Positions 54,226 to 64,000 of a DNA stretch of 64,000 nucleotides are shown here, one piece after another. Under the pieces are notes generated by a model. The model made no database searches and had not been told where the DNA came from. It saw only the letters and a list, made by a program, of their open reading frames with translations. Position 1 is the stretch's first letter; each line of letters starts with the position of its first letter. This DNA is from an uncultured Flavobacteriales bacterium (GTDB lineage: Bacteria > Bacteroidota > Bacteroidia > Flavobacteriales > Weeksellaceae). The DNA lies in the NCBI GenBank assembly GCA_937973555.1, contig CALJKL010000078.1, positions 8,232 to 72,231 of the forward strand, written 5' to 3'. Made by a program: the position numbers and the translations under genes.

Positions 54226-55680
54226 TTATTGGTATCTTAAATGTTCTTTATCTCGTACAAATTTGCCCCAAAGCGGTTTCGTAAGGGCCTTATATTTTTC
54301 GATGTCGAAAACTTGTGAATCTGTAAGTGCTTTATAGGTGAGCCAAACACCAAAAGGGAAGAGTACCGCATTAGGAAGCCATGCAGCAAGATAAGGGTTC
54401 ATTTTTCCTTTCCAAGCAAAATTTTCTACGGTAAGGTTCATAATGTAGAAAATAATGAAGATGATAATGGCGATTACTACCGGCAAGCCTACGCCTCCTT
54501 TCCTGATGATAGATCCTAGACTAGCCCCTATTAAAAAGAAAATAATACAGGTAATAGAATAGGCTATAATACGCTGCTGATACATGATAACTTTGTTAAA
54601 GTATTTAATCATTTCTATCAGTTCACTTTCTTTGTTAGAATTTTCTACAATTTGAGCATCTATTTTATTGTAGGCATCAGAAAGTACTTTCAATTTCAGA
54701 CTCTCTTTCAACTTATTGAGTTCAAAAGCTTCTTTGGGTTTTTCCTTGTTTTTTATTTTGTCTAAATAAGACACATAATTATTAGTTCTGGTAACCATCT
54801 CACTGCTGATAGCATTCAACTGAATACTATTATCGCTTTTAACCTTCAGAATGGTTTTTTTGATTTGGTTATAGGTTTCAAATTGATAATCGTCGCTTAT
54901 TTTCTCTTCTTCAATGGCTTTGTTGATAACATCGCTCACATCAAAATGTTGCACCAAAGAATCAAATTTCACCGCCTGTCCAGGTTGTCGAAGCCGCTCC
55001 AGATAATCTTTATCCTGAATGTTGTCTTCGAAAATATAACCATTGTACAAAACCAGTTTTAGGTAATTTTTGTTTTTAGCAGGAACAAATTCTCCTTTCT
55101 TGGCGATAATGGTTCTTTGATCTTCAAAAGAATTGGCATCTTTATGAATGAAAACACCATCTAAGTGTTCACCATTTTCACCATATATTTTATCGAATTT
55201 TACGCTGGCACCCGGAAGCGAATTGATGAACTGCCCGGCGGTAAAATTAATGGCCGGTTTGGTAGCAGCTATATTGTACATCATGTTCTTGGCCTTTTTC
55301 TGAAAATCTGGAATGATATTGTTCGAGAAAAAGAAAAGCATTACCGAAAGCAATGAAACCGTAACGAAAAGAGGAGTCATTACCCGTGTGAGGGAGATGC
55401 CGGCAGATTTCATGGCAGCCAATTCATAGCGTTCCCCAAAGTCTCCAAAAGTCATAATGGAAGCCAAAAGTATGGTGAGGGGTAATACCATTTTTATAAC
55501 ACTAACGCTCAGGTAAAAAAGAAATTTTATAATCTCCCAAGAGCTGAGTCCTTTGCCTGTAAACTGAGAAAGCTGGATCCATACAATATTCACCATGAAG
55601 ATAAAAAACAGCACGCTGAATATGAATAAAAAGGGCCCGAAAAAGGTTTTTATAATGTATTGATCTAACTTTTTTAGCAT
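54226..55680 (-). CDS. LptF/LptG-family (YjgP/YjgQ) permease
   Basis: Three N-terminal helices, a large periplasmic insert, and three C-terminal helices. The N-terminus LDQYIIKTFFGPFLF is typical of this family. Confidence 0.85.
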   Translation of the reverse strand: MLKKLDQYIIKTFFGPFLFIFSVLFFIFMVNIVWIQLSQFTGKGLSSWEIIKFLFYLSVSVIKMVLPLTILLASIMTFGDFGERYELAAMKSAGISLTRVMTPLFVTVSLLSVMLFFFSNNIIPDFQKKAKNMMYNIAATKPAINFTAGQFINSLPGASVKFDKIYGENGEHLDGVFIHKDANSFEDQRTIIAKKGEFVPAKNKNYLKLVLYNGYIFEDNIQDKDYLERLRQPGQAVKFDSLVQHFDVSDVINKAIEEEKISDDYQFETYNQIKKTILKVKSDNSIQLNAISSEMVTRTNNYVSYLDKIKNKEKPKEAFELNKLKESLKLKVLSDAYNKIDAQIVENSNKESELIEMIKYFNKVIMYQQRIIAYSITCIIFFLIGASLGSIIRKGGVGLPVVIAIIIFIIFYIMNLTVENFAWKGKMNPYLAAWLPNAVLFPFGVWLTYKALTDSQVFDIEKYKALTKPLWGKFVRDKEHLRYQ

Positions 55681-55740
55681 GGGTCAAAATTATGAAAAAG
55701 TCTATAAGTTATTGTACCAAAGACTTTATTTTAACTTATT

Positions 55741-56373
55741 TTATAGTTCTGTTATGAGGTAGTTTTTGTATTTGTTTTTGTCAAAACTGAAAACGGCATC
55801 ACTAAGACTTTGGTTTTCTTTATATTGATTTACCGTAATTGAGGTTACATCATTCTCTTTAGAAGTCTGCACCACTTTGGTAATCTGTTTTTTGGTTTTG
55901 TTAATATACAGCACCACGTTTTTAATGCCATTATCTTTTACAGGAACCATCTTTACCATATCCAAAGTGCCGCTTTTTCCCGCATAAGTTACCGTGTAGC
56001 CATTTTTGTATTCATCCAAGTAATTGATGGGCGAAAGCGCCTTTTCGGAGCCATTGGGTTTGGCAATGGTTACCTCTTGGTCTTCTTTAGAAATATTGTA
56101 AATTTTTTTTCCATCAAAAATTTGCTCATTTCCCATCACATTCAGTCGGTATTGTGATGGAGTAGAGTAGAAGATCCCGGTTTCTGTTTGGCTCACTTTT
56201 CCGCTTCCAGTTCCATAATTGAATTTGAAGTACAAATTCTTTTTAGATTTATAATTTGCCGAAACCGCCTCCAGAATATCTTTGGATTTCACATCTATCT
56301 TTTGGGCTTTAGAGAAAGCAAAAACGCCTATCAATAAGCCGGCTAATAATATTTTGTGTATTGTATTTTTCAT
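55741..56373 (-). CDS. lolA: LolA-like outer-membrane lipoprotein carrier protein
   Basis: Signal peptide and a roughly 200-aa beta-rich protein, located directly downstream of ftsK as in many bacteria. Confidence 0.7.
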   Translation of the reverse strand: MKNTIHKILLAGLLIGVFAFSKAQKIDVKSKDILEAVSANYKSKKNLYFKFNYGTGSGKVSQTETGIFYSTPSQYRLNVMGNEQIFDGKKIYNISKEDQEVTIAKPNGSEKALSPINYLDEYKNGYTVTYAGKSGTLDMVKMVPVKDNGIKNVVLYINKTKKQITKVVQTSKENDVTSITVNQYKENQSLSDAVFSFDKNKYKNYLITEL

Positions 56374-56393
56374 TTTTTTTGACTTTTTTGGAT

Positions 56394-58826
56394 TTATTTT
56401 CTCAATTCCTCCAAGAACTGTTCCAAAGCATTAAGATCAGAAATCTGTACCTCTCTTGCTTTAGCCCCATTGAAACCACCTACAATACCTGCAGCTTCCA
56501 ATTGGTCCATAATTCTTCCTGCACGGTTGTAGCCCAATTTTAATTGTCTTTGCAACATAGAGGTAGAGCCCTGTTGGGTAGAAACGATAATTCTGGCAGC
56601 TTCTTCAAAAAGTTGGTCTTTCTCATTTGGGTCAAAACTTCCTACAGAAGAAGAACTGTCGTCACTATTGTATTCAGGAAGCATAAATGCCGTAGAATAT
56701 CCTTTTTGTTCTCCGATAAATTCAGCGATTTTTTCCACTTCCGGAGTATCTACAAAAGCACATTGCAGACGAATAAGGTCATTACCGTTAAAGTAAAGCA
56801 TGTCTCCTTTTCCTACCAATTGCTCGGCGCCTGTAGCATCCAAAATGGTCCTAGAGTCTACACTAGAGATTACCCTGAAGGCTGCTCTTGCAGGGAAATT
56901 GGCTTTAATCATCCCCGTAATAACGTTTACGGAAGGTCTTTGGGTAGCCACTATCAAGTGGATTCCCACGGCTCTGGCCAATTGCGCCAGTCTGGCAATA
57001 GGTAATTCTACCTCCTTGCCTGCCGTCATGATGAGGTCTGCAAATTCATCCACCACCAAAACAATGTAAGGCATATAACGATGTCCGTTTTCAGGATTCA
57101 GTTTGCGCTCTATGAATTTTTTATTGTATTCCTTCAGGTTTTTACAGAAGGCATTTTTCAGTAAATCATAACGCGTGTCCATCTCAATACACAACGAGTT
57201 CAGTGTGTTGATTACTTTGTGCGTATCCGTAATGATGGCATCTTCTCCATCTGGTAATTTCGCTAAATAATGTCTTTCAATTTTTGAATACAAAGAAAGT
57301 TCTACCTTCTTAGGGTCCACCATTACAAATTTCAATTCGCTTGGGTGTTTCTTATATAATAAAGAAGTAAGAATAGCATTAATCCCCACAGATTTCCCTT
57401 GTCCGGTAGCACCCGCCATCAATAAGTGAGGCATTTTGGCTAAGTCGGCCACGAAGACTTCATTCGAAATGGTTTTCCCGAAAACCACCGGCAAATCCAT
57501 ATCTGCATTTTGGAATTTCGGAGATGAAACTACGCTTCTCATAGAAACCATAGAAGGGTTTTTTCTTGGCACTTCTATACCGATAGTTCCTTTTCCGGGC
57601 ATTGGTGCAATGATTCTGATGCCTAATGCAGAAAGGTTAAGAGCAATGTCGTCTTGTAGTTTTTTAATCTGTGCTACACGGATTCCCGCTTCCGGAACAA
57701 TTTCATACAAGGTAACTGTAGGCCCAATGGTGGCCTTTATTTCCGCGATGCCTACGTTGAAATTCTTCAGCAGGCCAACGATTTTATTTTTATTCTCTTC
57801 GAGTTCGTCTTTGTTGATGGCAATTTCTTCGTTACCGTATTCTTTCAGAAGCTCTATTTTCGGCATTTGGAATGAGGCCAAATCCAGTTTGTGATCATAG
57901 AGACCGTGTTTGTCTACCAAATCCTGGGCCTTCTTTTCGGTGTCGTCTAAGTCTTCTTTTACTTCTTCAATGCTGAAGGCGATGTCGTCTTGCGGCCCTT
58001 CTTCAATCTCCTCTTTCTGAAAACTGAAACCTACAGATTCCGGTTCCTTCATCTGTGGAATTGGATTGTCTTCTACCTTTTCAAAACTTGTTTGATTTGG
58101 GGTTTTTATGGTTTCAAATGGGTCTTGCCTGGGAGCCTCTACTTCAGAAGTAATCTTAAGATTTTCGAAATTATGTGTTTCAGGGTGTTCTTCCTCTTCG
58201 TCTTTGTCAGCTTCGAAAGCTTCTTCAGAATTAAAACGTAACGGAGTTAATTTATCTTTTAACTCATCATATTTATTTTGAATAGAACTAGGTCTTAGGT
58301 TAAATTCCAAAACAAAATACAATCCTATGCTTGCCAAAAGCGTAATCCAAAGTCCGAAATCTCCAATGATAGAAGCCAGATAATCCTGAATTTCATTTCC
58401 GAAAACACCACTCAGCGTTCCGTTTCCTTTGGTGATCGCCCCCATGAAAATAGGAGTCCAGCAGATGAAAAACATAGAATGGGAAATGGTTTTCCATAGT
58501 TTGAAATATGGTTTTTTAAGGATTTGAAAACCAAATACCAAAAATAGGAATGTTACCACAAATGCTGCGATACCGATGCCGTCGAAGATGAAGATATTTC
58601 CCAGCCAGTCGCCTAATTTCCCAAACACGTTACTAGATTTTACCGTTCTGTCTAGCATGGCGCCCGCCTGGCTTTGATTGGCTTTCCAGTTGAACAGGTA
58701 AGATGCAAACGAAAGTGTGAGCATTACCGATAAAAACAAAAATAAAACTCCGAAAAAAATTCTTGGTTTAGAAAGCGATTTGCTTTTTTCTACCTCTTGT
58801 CTATTGTTAGATGCTAATTGTGCCAT
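56394..58826 (-). CDS. ftsK: DNA translocase FtsK
   Basis: N-terminal TM helices, an acidic linker, a motor domain (LLMAGATGQGKSV, VVDEFADL), and a C-terminal gamma winged helix (SMLQRQLKLGYNRAGRIMDQLE). The start is at 58826, downstream of the -7 box. Confidence 0.95.
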   Translation of the reverse strand: MAQLASNNRQEVEKSKSLSKPRIFFGVLFLFLSVMLTLSFASYLFNWKANQSQAGAMLDRTVKSSNVFGKLGDWLGNIFIFDGIGIAAFVVTFLFLVFGFQILKKPYFKLWKTISHSMFFICWTPIFMGAITKGNGTLSGVFGNEIQDYLASIIGDFGLWITLLASIGLYFVLEFNLRPSSIQNKYDELKDKLTPLRFNSEEAFEADKDEEEEHPETHNFENLKITSEVEAPRQDPFETIKTPNQTSFEKVEDNPIPQMKEPESVGFSFQKEEIEEGPQDDIAFSIEEVKEDLDDTEKKAQDLVDKHGLYDHKLDLASFQMPKIELLKEYGNEEIAINKDELEENKNKIVGLLKNFNVGIAEIKATIGPTVTLYEIVPEAGIRVAQIKKLQDDIALNLSALGIRIIAPMPGKGTIGIEVPRKNPSMVSMRSVVSSPKFQNADMDLPVVFGKTISNEVFVADLAKMPHLLMAGATGQGKSVGINAILTSLLYKKHPSELKFVMVDPKKVELSLYSKIERHYLAKLPDGEDAIITDTHKVINTLNSLCIEMDTRYDLLKNAFCKNLKEYNKKFIERKLNPENGHRYMPYIVLVVDEFADLIMTAGKEVELPIARLAQLARAVGIHLIVATQRPSVNVITGMIKANFPARAAFRVISSVDSRTILDATGAEQLVGKGDMLYFNGNDLIRLQCAFVDTPEVEKIAEFIGEQKGYSTAFMLPEYNSDDSSSSVGSFDPNEKDQLFEEAARIIVSTQQGSTSMLQRQLKLGYNRAGRIMDQLEAAGIVGGFNGAKAREVQISDLNALEQFLEELRK

Positions 58827-58841
58827 AATTATGTTAACACG

Positions 58842-58849
58842 CAAAGGTA
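58842..58849 (-). promoter_or_regulatory. candidate -7 box (TACCTTTG on minus strand) for ftsK
   Basis: CAAAGGTA on the plus strand, 15 nt upstream of ATG 58826. Confidence 0.4.
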
Positions 58850-58956
58850 ATATTTTAAATGAAAAATTGAAAATTAAAGCCCTTTTTTTGAATGGAATTA
58901 ATAATGTCAATAGATAAAATTAACGATTTTTATGTTGAGAATTCATTTATAGCCCT

Positions 58957-58964
58957 TATTTTTG
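58957..58964 (+). promoter_or_regulatory. candidate -7 box (TATTTTTG) for ccsBA
   Basis: Matches TAnnTTTG and lies 52 nt upstream of ATG 59017. Confidence 0.45.
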
Positions 58965-59016
58965 CAATTCAAATTAAATAGGAAGAAGCTTCAGCTTCAG
59001 AATCAATAATAATCTT

Positions 59017-62000
59017 ATGAAAAAACTTCTGAATTTCTTTATTTCTACTCGTACCATGGCGGTTTTGCTTTTTGTTTATGCCATATCAATGGCTTATGCC
59101 ACTTTTCTGGAGAACGATTATGGTACGCTTACGGCAAAAGCTCTTATCTATGAAGCCTTTTGGTTTGAATTGTTGATGTTTCTTTTGATTGTAAATTTCA
59201 TCGGTAACATCGGCAGATACAGACTTTGGAGAAGAGAAAAATGGCCATTGTTGGTTTTCCACCTTTCTTTTGTCCTTATTTTCATAGGAGGTGCTATTAC
59301 ACGCTACATAAGCTATGAAGGGCAAATGCACATTAGACAGGGAGAAACTTCTAATGAAATTGTAACGGATAAAAATTTCTTTAAGATTCAGATAGAAAAA
59401 AACGGAGACCGTCTCAGCTATCAAGAAATTCCTTACATGATGGCTTCTCAGAAGCCTTGGTTAGCAAAAGTGATTCCACATACTTTTAAAGCCAAATATG
59501 ATTATCATGGTCAACTGATTCAGGTGAAGCAACTGGATTATATTTTAAGAAAAAAAGACAGCCTTCAGGCAAATCCTATGGGCAAAGAATACCTTCATTT
59601 TGTATCTACCAATGATTCCGGAAGAGAAGATGTTTTCTTGGGTTCAGGTGAGGTGAAAAGCATCAATGGATTTCTGATTACTTTCAACAGACCCATTGAT
59701 GGCGCAGTAGAATTCAAAAATGAAAACGGAAATATTCTTATCAAAACGCCAGTAGATGCCAATTACATGACGATGGCCACTCAGGCAACGGGCACTACTC
59801 AAAAAAATGAATTTCAGCCCTTGGCCTACAGAAGTTTGTATACCATTGATAATCTTAAAATAGTAGTGCCGGAACCGGTGAAAAAAGGAAAACTGGTTTC
59901 TTATTCTGGAGACAGAAAGAAAGACCAAAATGTTCCGGATATGCTTTTGGTGGAGTTGCAAGGCCCTAAAACAAAGCAAAATGTAGAACTTTCTGTAGAG
60001 AAAGGGAATCCTAATGCATACAAACAAGTTAGCCTAGATGGTTTGAATATTATTTTAGGCTTTGGTCCGAAAATATATCAGACGCCTTTTGCTTTGAAAC
60101 TAGATAAATTCGTGATGGAGACCTATCCCGGAAGTAATTCTCCTTCAGCTTACGAATCTCACATCCAAATTATTGATGAAGGCAAACAGACGCCTTATAA
60201 AATATACATGAACCACGTTCTGAATCATAAAGGTTACCGATTCTTTCAGGCAAGTTTCGATCCCGATAGACAGGGTACGGTACTTTCCGTAAACCATGAT
60301 TTTTGGGGAACGCTCATTACCTATATCGGGTATACCTTTTTATTTTTGGGATTATTTGTTACCCTTTTCTGGAAGGGCACCCGTTTCTGGCATTTGAACC
60401 AAATGCTAAAAGATATTGCGGTAAACAAGGCAGTACTTTTATTAATGCTTTTATCTTTTGCTGGTTTTAACGCTCAGACTCCGCAACAGCCTTCACAGCA
60501 GATGGTTCATGCTCAAATTGATAAAGAGCATGCCGATAAATTCGGTTATCTTTTGGTGCAAGGATTTGATGGAAGAATAGAGCCTATGAATACCCAAGCC
60601 TTGGATGTGCTCAGAAAATTGACCAAAAAGGAAAAATGGGGCGACCTAACCGCAGATCAATGGTTTCTTTCGATAAATCTTAATCCTATGGCTTGGATGC
60701 AGGACGAAATCATTAAAATAGGTTCTAGTGGAGGAGATGAATTAAAGAAGAAAGTAAAAGCCAATGAAGACGGTTTTACCTCTATGATGAATCTTTTTGT
60801 GATGGATGCACAGGGAATGCCGCATTTTATTTTAGAAAAAGACTTTAATGATGCATTCAGAAAAAAACCTGCAGAACAAAGTAAATATGATCTAGAAATA
60901 ATTGCGATAAATGAGAGAGTGCAGATTATGTACGGCATACTTTCGGGGCAATATTTCAAGGTAGTGCCTTTGCAGAATGATCCTAACCATACCTGGAGCT
61001 CTTGGCTCACGGCAGATCAAAAAGCAGAACCCCAAGCTCAGAATGTTATTGCACCTTATTTCATCAGCGTAATAGATGCATCTAAAGATGGCAATTGGGC
61101 AAAAGCAGATGCTGCCCTTCAGAAACTTCAGGAATATCAAAAAACCTGGGGCAAAGCAGTATTGCCAGATGAAAATAAAACCAACCTGGAGGTTTTCATG
61201 AACAAAGTGAACTTGAATTTCTGGCTATTGATTTTCTATACTATTGTAGGGGGATTGTTAGTGGTTTTAGGATTTATAGAATTGTTCAAGCCTAATAAAA
61301 CATTACATACTGTCATTAAAACCATTATTTATACAGGGGTTGCGGGTTATGTATTGCATTTCTTTGGATTGATTGGTAGATGGTATATTTCCGGGCATGC
61401 ACCTTGGAGCAACGGTTATGAAGCCATTGTCTTTATATCATGGGTGGGCATTTCGGCAGGTTTATTGTTGTATAGAAACTCCAATGCACTTATTCCTGCA
61501 GCCGGATATATGGTGGCTGTTATTATGATGGGCTTTGCACATGGAGGCTCACAGTTAGATCCACAGATTACGCCTTTGGTACCAGTACTGAAGTCTTATT
61601 GGTTGATTGTTCATGTGGCTATTATTGTAAGCAGTTATGGCTTCTTTGCCCTTTCTATGATTATTGGGGTCATCGTGTTGCTCTTCTATATCGTTTCTAA
61701 TAAAAAATCTTTTGAACTGCATAATGATACAACGTTAAAAGAACTGACTATTGTTTCTGAAATGTCTTTAACGATTGGTCTTTTGGCATTAACTGTTGGG
61801 AATTTCTTAGGCGGTATTTGGGCCAATGAATCTTGGGGAAGATATTGGAGCTGGGACCCAAAAGAAACTTGGGCTTTCATTTCTATTATGGTCTATGCTT
61901 TTGTATTGCACATGAGATTGGTGCCTGGCTTAAGAAGTAGATACGCTTATCATTTGGCAGCTATGTTTGCTTTCTGCAGTATGGTAATGACTTATTTCGG

Positions 62001-62142
62001 GGTGAACTATTATCTTTCTGGTTTGCATTCTTATGCAGCAGGAGACCCCATTCCAGTTCCGGCATGGGTATATATTAGTTTGGCTACAATGATTTCTCTA
62101 GGAACTTGGGCCTATATCAAGTATAAAAAATTACATGGATAA
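59017..62142 (+). CDS. fused cytochrome c biogenesis protein CcsBA (ResB-like + CcsA)
   Basis: ResB-like N-half with a large periplasmic domain. The C-half carries the WWD haem-handling motif (WGRYWSWDPKETWA) and conserved His residues. Confidence 0.88.
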   Translation: MKKLLNFFISTRTMAVLLFVYAISMAYATFLENDYGTLTAKALIYEAFWFELLMFLLIVNFIGNIGRYRLWRREKWPLLVFHLSFVLIFIGGAITRYISYEGQMHIRQGETSNEIVTDKNFFKIQIEKNGDRLSYQEIPYMMASQKPWLAKVIPHTFKAKYDYHGQLIQVKQLDYILRKKDSLQANPMGKEYLHFVSTNDSGREDVFLGSGEVKSINGFLITFNRPIDGAVEFKNENGNILIKTPVDANYMTMATQATGTTQKNEFQPLAYRSLYTIDNLKIVVPEPVKKGKLVSYSGDRKKDQNVPDMLLVELQGPKTKQNVELSVEKGNPNAYKQVSLDGLNIILGFGPKIYQTPFALKLDKFVMETYPGSNSPSAYESHIQIIDEGKQTPYKIYMNHVLNHKGYRFFQASFDPDRQGTVLSVNHDFWGTLITYIGYTFLFLGLFVTLFWKGTRFWHLNQMLKDIAVNKAVLLLMLLSFAGFNAQTPQQPSQQMVHAQIDKEHADKFGYLLVQGFDGRIEPMNTQALDVLRKLTKKEKWGDLTADQWFLSINLNPMAWMQDEIIKIGSSGGDELKKKVKANEDGFTSMMNLFVMDAQGMPHFILEKDFNDAFRKKPAEQSKYDLEIIAINERVQIMYGILSGQYFKVVPLQNDPNHTWSSWLTADQKAEPQAQNVIAPYFISVIDASKDGNWAKADAALQKLQEYQKTWGKAVLPDENKTNLEVFMNKVNLNFWLLIFYTIVGGLLVVLGFIELFKPNKTLHTVIKTIIYTGVAGYVLHFFGLIGRWYISGHAPWSNGYEAIVFISWVGISAGLLLYRNSNALIPAAGYMVAVIMMGFAHGGSQLDPQITPLVPVLKSYWLIVHVAIIVSSYGFFALSMIIGVIVLLFYIVSNKKSFELHNDTTLKELTIVSEMSLTIGLLALTVGNFLGGIWANESWGRYWSWDPKETWAFISIMVYAFVLHMRLVPGLRSRYAYHLAAMFAFCSMVMTYFGVNYYLSGLHSYAAGDPIPVPAWVYISLATMISLGTWAYIKYKKLHG

Positions 62143-62143
62143 A

Positions 62144-62180
62144 TAAAAAATCCTTTGCACTTCGCAAAGGATTTTTTTTA
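62144..62180. terminator. bidirectional terminator between ccsBA and the GH13 gene
   Basis: AAAAAATCCTTTGC acttc GCAAAGGATTTTTTTT. Confidence 0.85.
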
Positions 62181-62202
62181 TGAAAAACTTCAATTGTTAA
62201 AA

Positions 62203-64000
62203 TTATTTTTCAGTCAGCCATAATACATCATAACTGCCGATGAAGTTTTGATATTGTAATGTAAATTCATCTTGGGTAAGAAGATTTTTCACCTCTTTGT
62301 TGATGCCGATAAACCAACTTGAATATACTGTTTCATAAGGTGAGAAATTGGCAATCACCCAAACGTTTTTCCCTGATTTGTCAGTCTTTTTGTATACTAA
62401 AAGATGAGCATTTCCTGATTCTATAAATTCCAAATCATTATGGTCTGCAAAAGCAGGAATTTCTTTCCGAAGGGCAATCATATTTTTCAAACTTTCAAAA
62501 ACACTTTTCTGTATTGGATTTTGATCTAAATTTTCTGCAATATTCCAATTCATCAATGGTCTATGAAGCCAACGGTTATCATGCTTTTTATCTTTTTCGT
62601 TTTGATAATCATAAAAATTAGTGGAAGCAATTTCATCACCACTATAAATCATTGGTAGGCCACCCAATGAAAGGATTATGGCATGCTGAAGGTTTATTCT
62701 TTTTAATGCTAAGTCTATCTGGTAGGCGTCATTTCTTTCTATAGCCCTTTCCAAGCCGCAAAGAGAAGCCATAGCGCCACTTAAACGCGCATTGCCATTG
62801 GGCTCCTGCATAAAGCGTTTTCCGGTTCCGAAAGTTCCTTGTTCATCACAATAATATTTCAGCATATAAAGCCTATGTTGTAGAGGGTCTTTCCCCAGTT
62901 GGGCAATTAAATTGTCTTCAAAGCCTAAGCCGATATCGTCATGACAACGGGCGTAATTAATCCATGTGGTATTCAATGGCTTTTTCGGAACGGCATTCAT
63001 TGATTTTCTCAATAAATCTGTATTCTGAGAAGCCATCGCTTCCCAACTGAGTGCCATAAAAGTGGCATTATAACAGATGTCGCATTCGTCTCCCTGTGCG
63101 GTTCCTTCGCCGAAGTATTTCACGATTTCGGTAGGAGCTACAATAGCCTCCGCAATGTAAGCTACACCGGGCGCTACGATTTGTCCGCAAAGTTTGAAAA
63201 TTTGCAAAAGCATATGGACTTCCGGTAAATTCTGATTAAATCTTCCGATGTCTTTCCACATATACGCCACTGCATCGAGTCTGAAAATATCTACACCTTT
63301 ATTGGCCAAAAAGAGCATGTTGTTGATCATTTCAACCAAAACTTGCGGGTTCTTGTAATTAAGATCCCATTGATAGTGATGGAAAAGCGTCATCACCCAT
63401 TCTTGCTGTTCTGGAAGATAAGTGAAGTTTCCGGGAGCAGTATCCGGAAAGATTTCTAGCATCGTTTTCTCAAATTCATCAGGCAAAGTCCTGTTTTTGA
63501 AAAAATAGAAGTAGTCTTTATATTTTTCGTCACCGTTTTTAGCTTTCATTGCCCATTCATGGATGTCTGCACAATGATTGAGCACAAAATCCATGATGAC
63601 GTTCATATCATTTTCATGAAGGTCTTTGGCCAAATTTTCAAAATCTGCCATGGAGCCCAATTTCGGATTGGTTTCGCGGTAGTTTTTCACCGCATAGCCT
63701 CCGTCATTTTCAGGTTCTGGCACATCCAGAAAAGGCATTAAATGAAGGGTGTTGATTCCTAAATTTTTAAAATAAGGAATTTTATCCTGAAGACCTTTGA
63801 AATTTTTATTGAACCTTTCGGTGTAAAGCATCATGCCTACCATCTCTTCAGAAGAATACCAGTTAGGGTTTTTAGAACGCTGAAGATCAGTTTCTTTCAA
63901 ACCAGAAGAACGATTTTCAAAACTTTCGGTAATGATATCGATGAGGTTTTTGAAGGCTTCTTCTTTATGAGGATGATGTTGGTATAATTGCTCGAATAAA
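62203..64000 (-). CDS. GH13 alpha-amylase-family enzyme, amylosucrase-like; 5' end outside window
   Basis: GH13 regions I-IV (DFVLNH, GVDIFRLDAVAYM, YIAEAIV, YARCHDD). The reading frame stays open upstream of the track start (a TTG at 63900) to the window edge. Confidence 0.85.
   Translation of the reverse strand, partial: LFEQLYQHHPHKEEAFKNLIDIITESFENRSSGLKETDLQRSKNPNWYSSEEMVGMMLYTERFNKNFKGLQDKIPYFKNLGINTLHLMPFLDVPEPENDGGYAVKNYRETNPKLGSMADFENLAKDLHENDMNVIMDFVLNHCADIHEWAMKAKNGDEKYKDYFYFFKNRTLPDEFEKTMLEIFPDTAPGNFTYLPEQQEWVMTLFHHYQWDLNYKNPQVLVEMINNMLFLANKGVDIFRLDAVAYMWKDIGRFNQNLPEVHMLLQIFKLCGQIVAPGVAYIAEAIVAPTEIVKYFGEGTAQGDECDICYNATFMALSWEAMASQNTDLLRKSMNAVPKKPLNTTWINYARCHDDIGLGFEDNLIAQLGKDPLQHRLYMLKYYCDEQGTFGTGKRFMQEPNGNARLSGAMASLCGLERAIERNDAYQIDLALKRINLQHAIILSLGGLPMIYSGDEIASTNFYDYQNEKDKKHDNRWLHRPLMNWNIAENLDQNPIQKSVFESLKNMIALRKEIPAFADHNDLEFIESGNAHLLVYKKTDKSGKNVWVIANFSPYETVYSSWFIGINKEVKNLLTQDEFTLQYQNFIGSYDVLWLTEK

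Noticed and set aside
56544-57894. Plus-strand ORFs of 153, 89 and 152 aa inside ftsK.
   Set aside because: They are antisense to the conserved FtsK motor domain. They are shadow frames with no independent signals.

Overview
This is a low-GC chromosomal segment that is more than 90% coding, with about 56 protein genes. I found no rRNA, tRNA, CRISPR array, transposase, integrase or recognisable defence gene. Gene content places it in Bacteroidota/Flavobacteriales: GldF-GldG, a PorQ-like T9SS barrel, fused CcsBA, HemJ, an atp operon without atpDC, recurrent TAnnTTTG -7 promoter boxes, and A-rich initiation regions without Shine-Dalgarno sequences. A Weeksellaceae/Chryseobacterium-like host is only a guess. 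Genes in order: glgC (5' truncated); sucAB; apaG; a lipid-envelope-looking operon (LpxL-like acyltransferase, GT2, two tandem Bem46-like hydrolases, DEDDh exonuclease); a thioredoxin-like protein; a head-to-head ALDH3/SDR pair; a di-haem peroxidase; purB-purL-purC-purF; an esterase; pepP; a SAM-hydrolase/hemJ/gldF/gldG string; phoH; ffh; atpZ-orf-atpBEFHAG; an orphan NtrY-like kinase plus an anchored coiled-coil protein; CNNM-clpS; an Omp85 lipoprotein plus a TolB-propeller/M28/PDZ peptidase; a trmH-like gene; a lipid kinase; MscS plus a YtxH/holin-like/unknown trio; cmk; a porQ-like gene; pyrH-frr; an lptFG-like gene; a lolA-like gene; ftsK; ccsBA; and an amylosucrase-like GH13 gene that runs off the window end. 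I judge this an ordinary core-genome region and found no convincing novel multi-gene system. Four things are most worth a second look. (i) Heptamer-phased A-rich arrays and long or strand-asymmetric hairpins sit in several intercistronic spacers (atpB/atpE, atpA/atpG, porQ-like/cmk, pyrH/frr). (ii) Terminator-like hairpins lie inside apparent operons (after atpE, and between purB and purL). (iii) Three tightly linked modules are uncharacterised (YtxH/holin-like/unknown/MscS; Omp85 lipoprotein plus tri-domain peptidase; orphan kinase plus coiled-coil protein). (iv) The acyltransferase-GT2-hydrolase operon. All functional calls come from motif recognition by eye; no database search or folding calculation was run.
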